NCBI RefSeq assembly: GCF_036321535.1
Contig: NC_087451.1
Coordinates: 9,424,001 to 9,488,000 of the forward strand
Direction of reading: 5' to 3'
Source: Camelus dromedarius
Taxonomy: Eukaryota
DNA length: 64,000 nt
Part shown: positions 62,786-64,000 of the stretch, piece after piece
Numbering within the stretch: the stretch's first letter is position 1
How the letters are laid out: every line of letters starts with the position of its first letter
Made by a program: the position numbers and the translations under genes
Notes under the pieces: generated by a model
The model's input: only the letters and a program-made list of their open reading frames with translations
What the model was told of the DNA's origin: nothing
The model's database searches: none

Positions 62786-63139
62786 GTAAGTAACCTGGAG
62801 AATAAATACATGTACTACGAAGGCCAGACCCCAGCTTTATGCCACCAACATAGCCACTGCTTGCCCTTAGAATGAATGGTTGGCTAAGCAAGGGCTCTGC
62901 AATCCTTTACAGGTCTTCATGAACTTTCATGCAAATAGCGATCATGTTTATCCATCCAAGCATCAAGTTACATTCTAAATAGAATATACTGAATGGTGTT
63001 GAAAAGGAACCTCAAAGGAACTTCCTCCTAAGGATGTAAGATACTCAAAATCCCCCAAGTAGGGCCACAGAAGGGGAAGTATACACAGAGAAAAGACTGA
63101 GTATGTGTGTTAGTGTCTTTGCATCCACAGTCAATATGG

Positions 63140-63870
63140 TGGCTCCATTCATTCATTCATTCATTCACCAAACACTGAGGACAGGGCACTTCTCTAGGTA
63201 CTAGGAATACAGTGGTGACCAAGACAAAATCTGTATTCTCATAGAACTTTCATACTAGTGGCGGAGATTTCCAATAAGCAAGTAAATAGATAAAGTCAAA
63301 TATAAATTCAGATCGTGATAGGGAGGAAATCAATTGAATGAGTGGCTAGAGATTAAGAAAGTGGGACTATTGTAAATAGGGTTGGGCAAGAAAAGCCTCT
63401 CTGATGTGGTGTCCTTTGAGCCTAGTCCTAGACGATACCAAGGAATGGGCCATGAGAAGATGTGGGGTCCGATTCTGGGCAGAGTGAACGGCAAATGGAA
63501 AGGTTACAGAGGCAGGCAGGAATGAGGCTGCAGTATCTGAAGTGTGGCTGAAGCAAAATGAAGCAGGGGAGAGTGATGGCTGAGGAAGAAGTCACCGGGA
63601 CCAGATCACATGGGACCTCACAAGCCACAGTGAGAGGTTTCCCTTTGATTGTAAGTGTGACGGGGAGACAGTGGAACAGCTTAAGCAGGTGGTGACATAT
63701 TCTGCTTTGCGTCTTACAAGATCATGAGAGTGCTCTGTGGAGAACAGACAGCAGTTGGGACAAGTGTGAAATTACAAAACCAGTTAGGAGGCTATTCTAA
63801 TGGTCCAGGAGACAGCCACCAGTTGCTTGGACCAGCACGGTAGTGACATTGATGGTGAGCAGGGGTGAAA
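63140..63870 (-). mobile_element. L2
   Basis: cattcattcattcattcaccaaacactgag...aggtactaggaatacagtggtgaccaagac...agttaggaggctattctaatggtccagg. Confidence 0.75.
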
Positions 63871-63889
63871 TTCTGCATGTATTTTTAAC

Positions 63890-64000
63890 AGATTTGTTGA
63901 GATATAATTTACATGCCATACAATTCACTCATTTAACATGTACAATGCAGTGTTTTTTAGTATATGCACAGAATTGTGCCACCATCACCACAATTGATTT
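63890..64000 (-). mobile_element. L1MB-like 3' end (runs off window)
   Basis: ttgagatataatttacatgccatacaattcactcattt...caccatcaccacaatt. Confidence 0.75.

Noticed and set aside
62551-62891. Minus-strand ORFs 62551-62811 and 62649-62891
   Set aside because: Antisense shadows of the real ANKFN1 exon.
1-64000. CRISPR arrays, rRNA, NUMT, other snRNA/7SL/Y RNA copies, upstream ANKFN1 coding exons
   Set aside because: None found by eye; spaced direct repeats here are TSDs or simple duplications. Very short or diverged copies could have been missed.

Overview
Mammalian genomic DNA, probably a camelid (inferred from five tRNA-Ala(AGC)-derived SINE copies resembling the vicuna vic-1 family and from artiodactyl-type L1 3' ends). 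The window lies inside ANKFN1 (ankyrin repeat and FN3 domain containing 1; orthologue of Drosophila wide awake), on the + strand. Three consecutive, phase-compatible coding exons are visible: 44186-44320 (135 nt), 59526-59727 (202 nt) and 62575-62785 (211 nt, first ankyrin repeats). I did not find the upstream coding exons, so 1-44185 is treated as one long intron. The introns are dense in MIR, L2, L1, MaLR/ERVL LTRs and hAT/Tigger DNA transposons; family names come from remembered consensus sequences, not a database search, and most repeat boundaries are approximate. The strongest non-routine observations are: a perfect RFX X-box (19152-19165); a candidate unannotated 102-nt exon (33578-33679) that would be poison or in-frame depending on its splice partner, with a strong donor 357 nt upstream; a 3'-truncated U2 snRNA retrocopy with a perfect 17-bp target-site duplication (58854-58889); a SINE apparently carrying a 3'-transduced L1MB fragment inside a MER2 (34515-34794); and an eight-run G-quadruplex (21989-22038). 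I found no new biological system I can demonstrate from sequence alone. The splicing and regulatory items are hypotheses.
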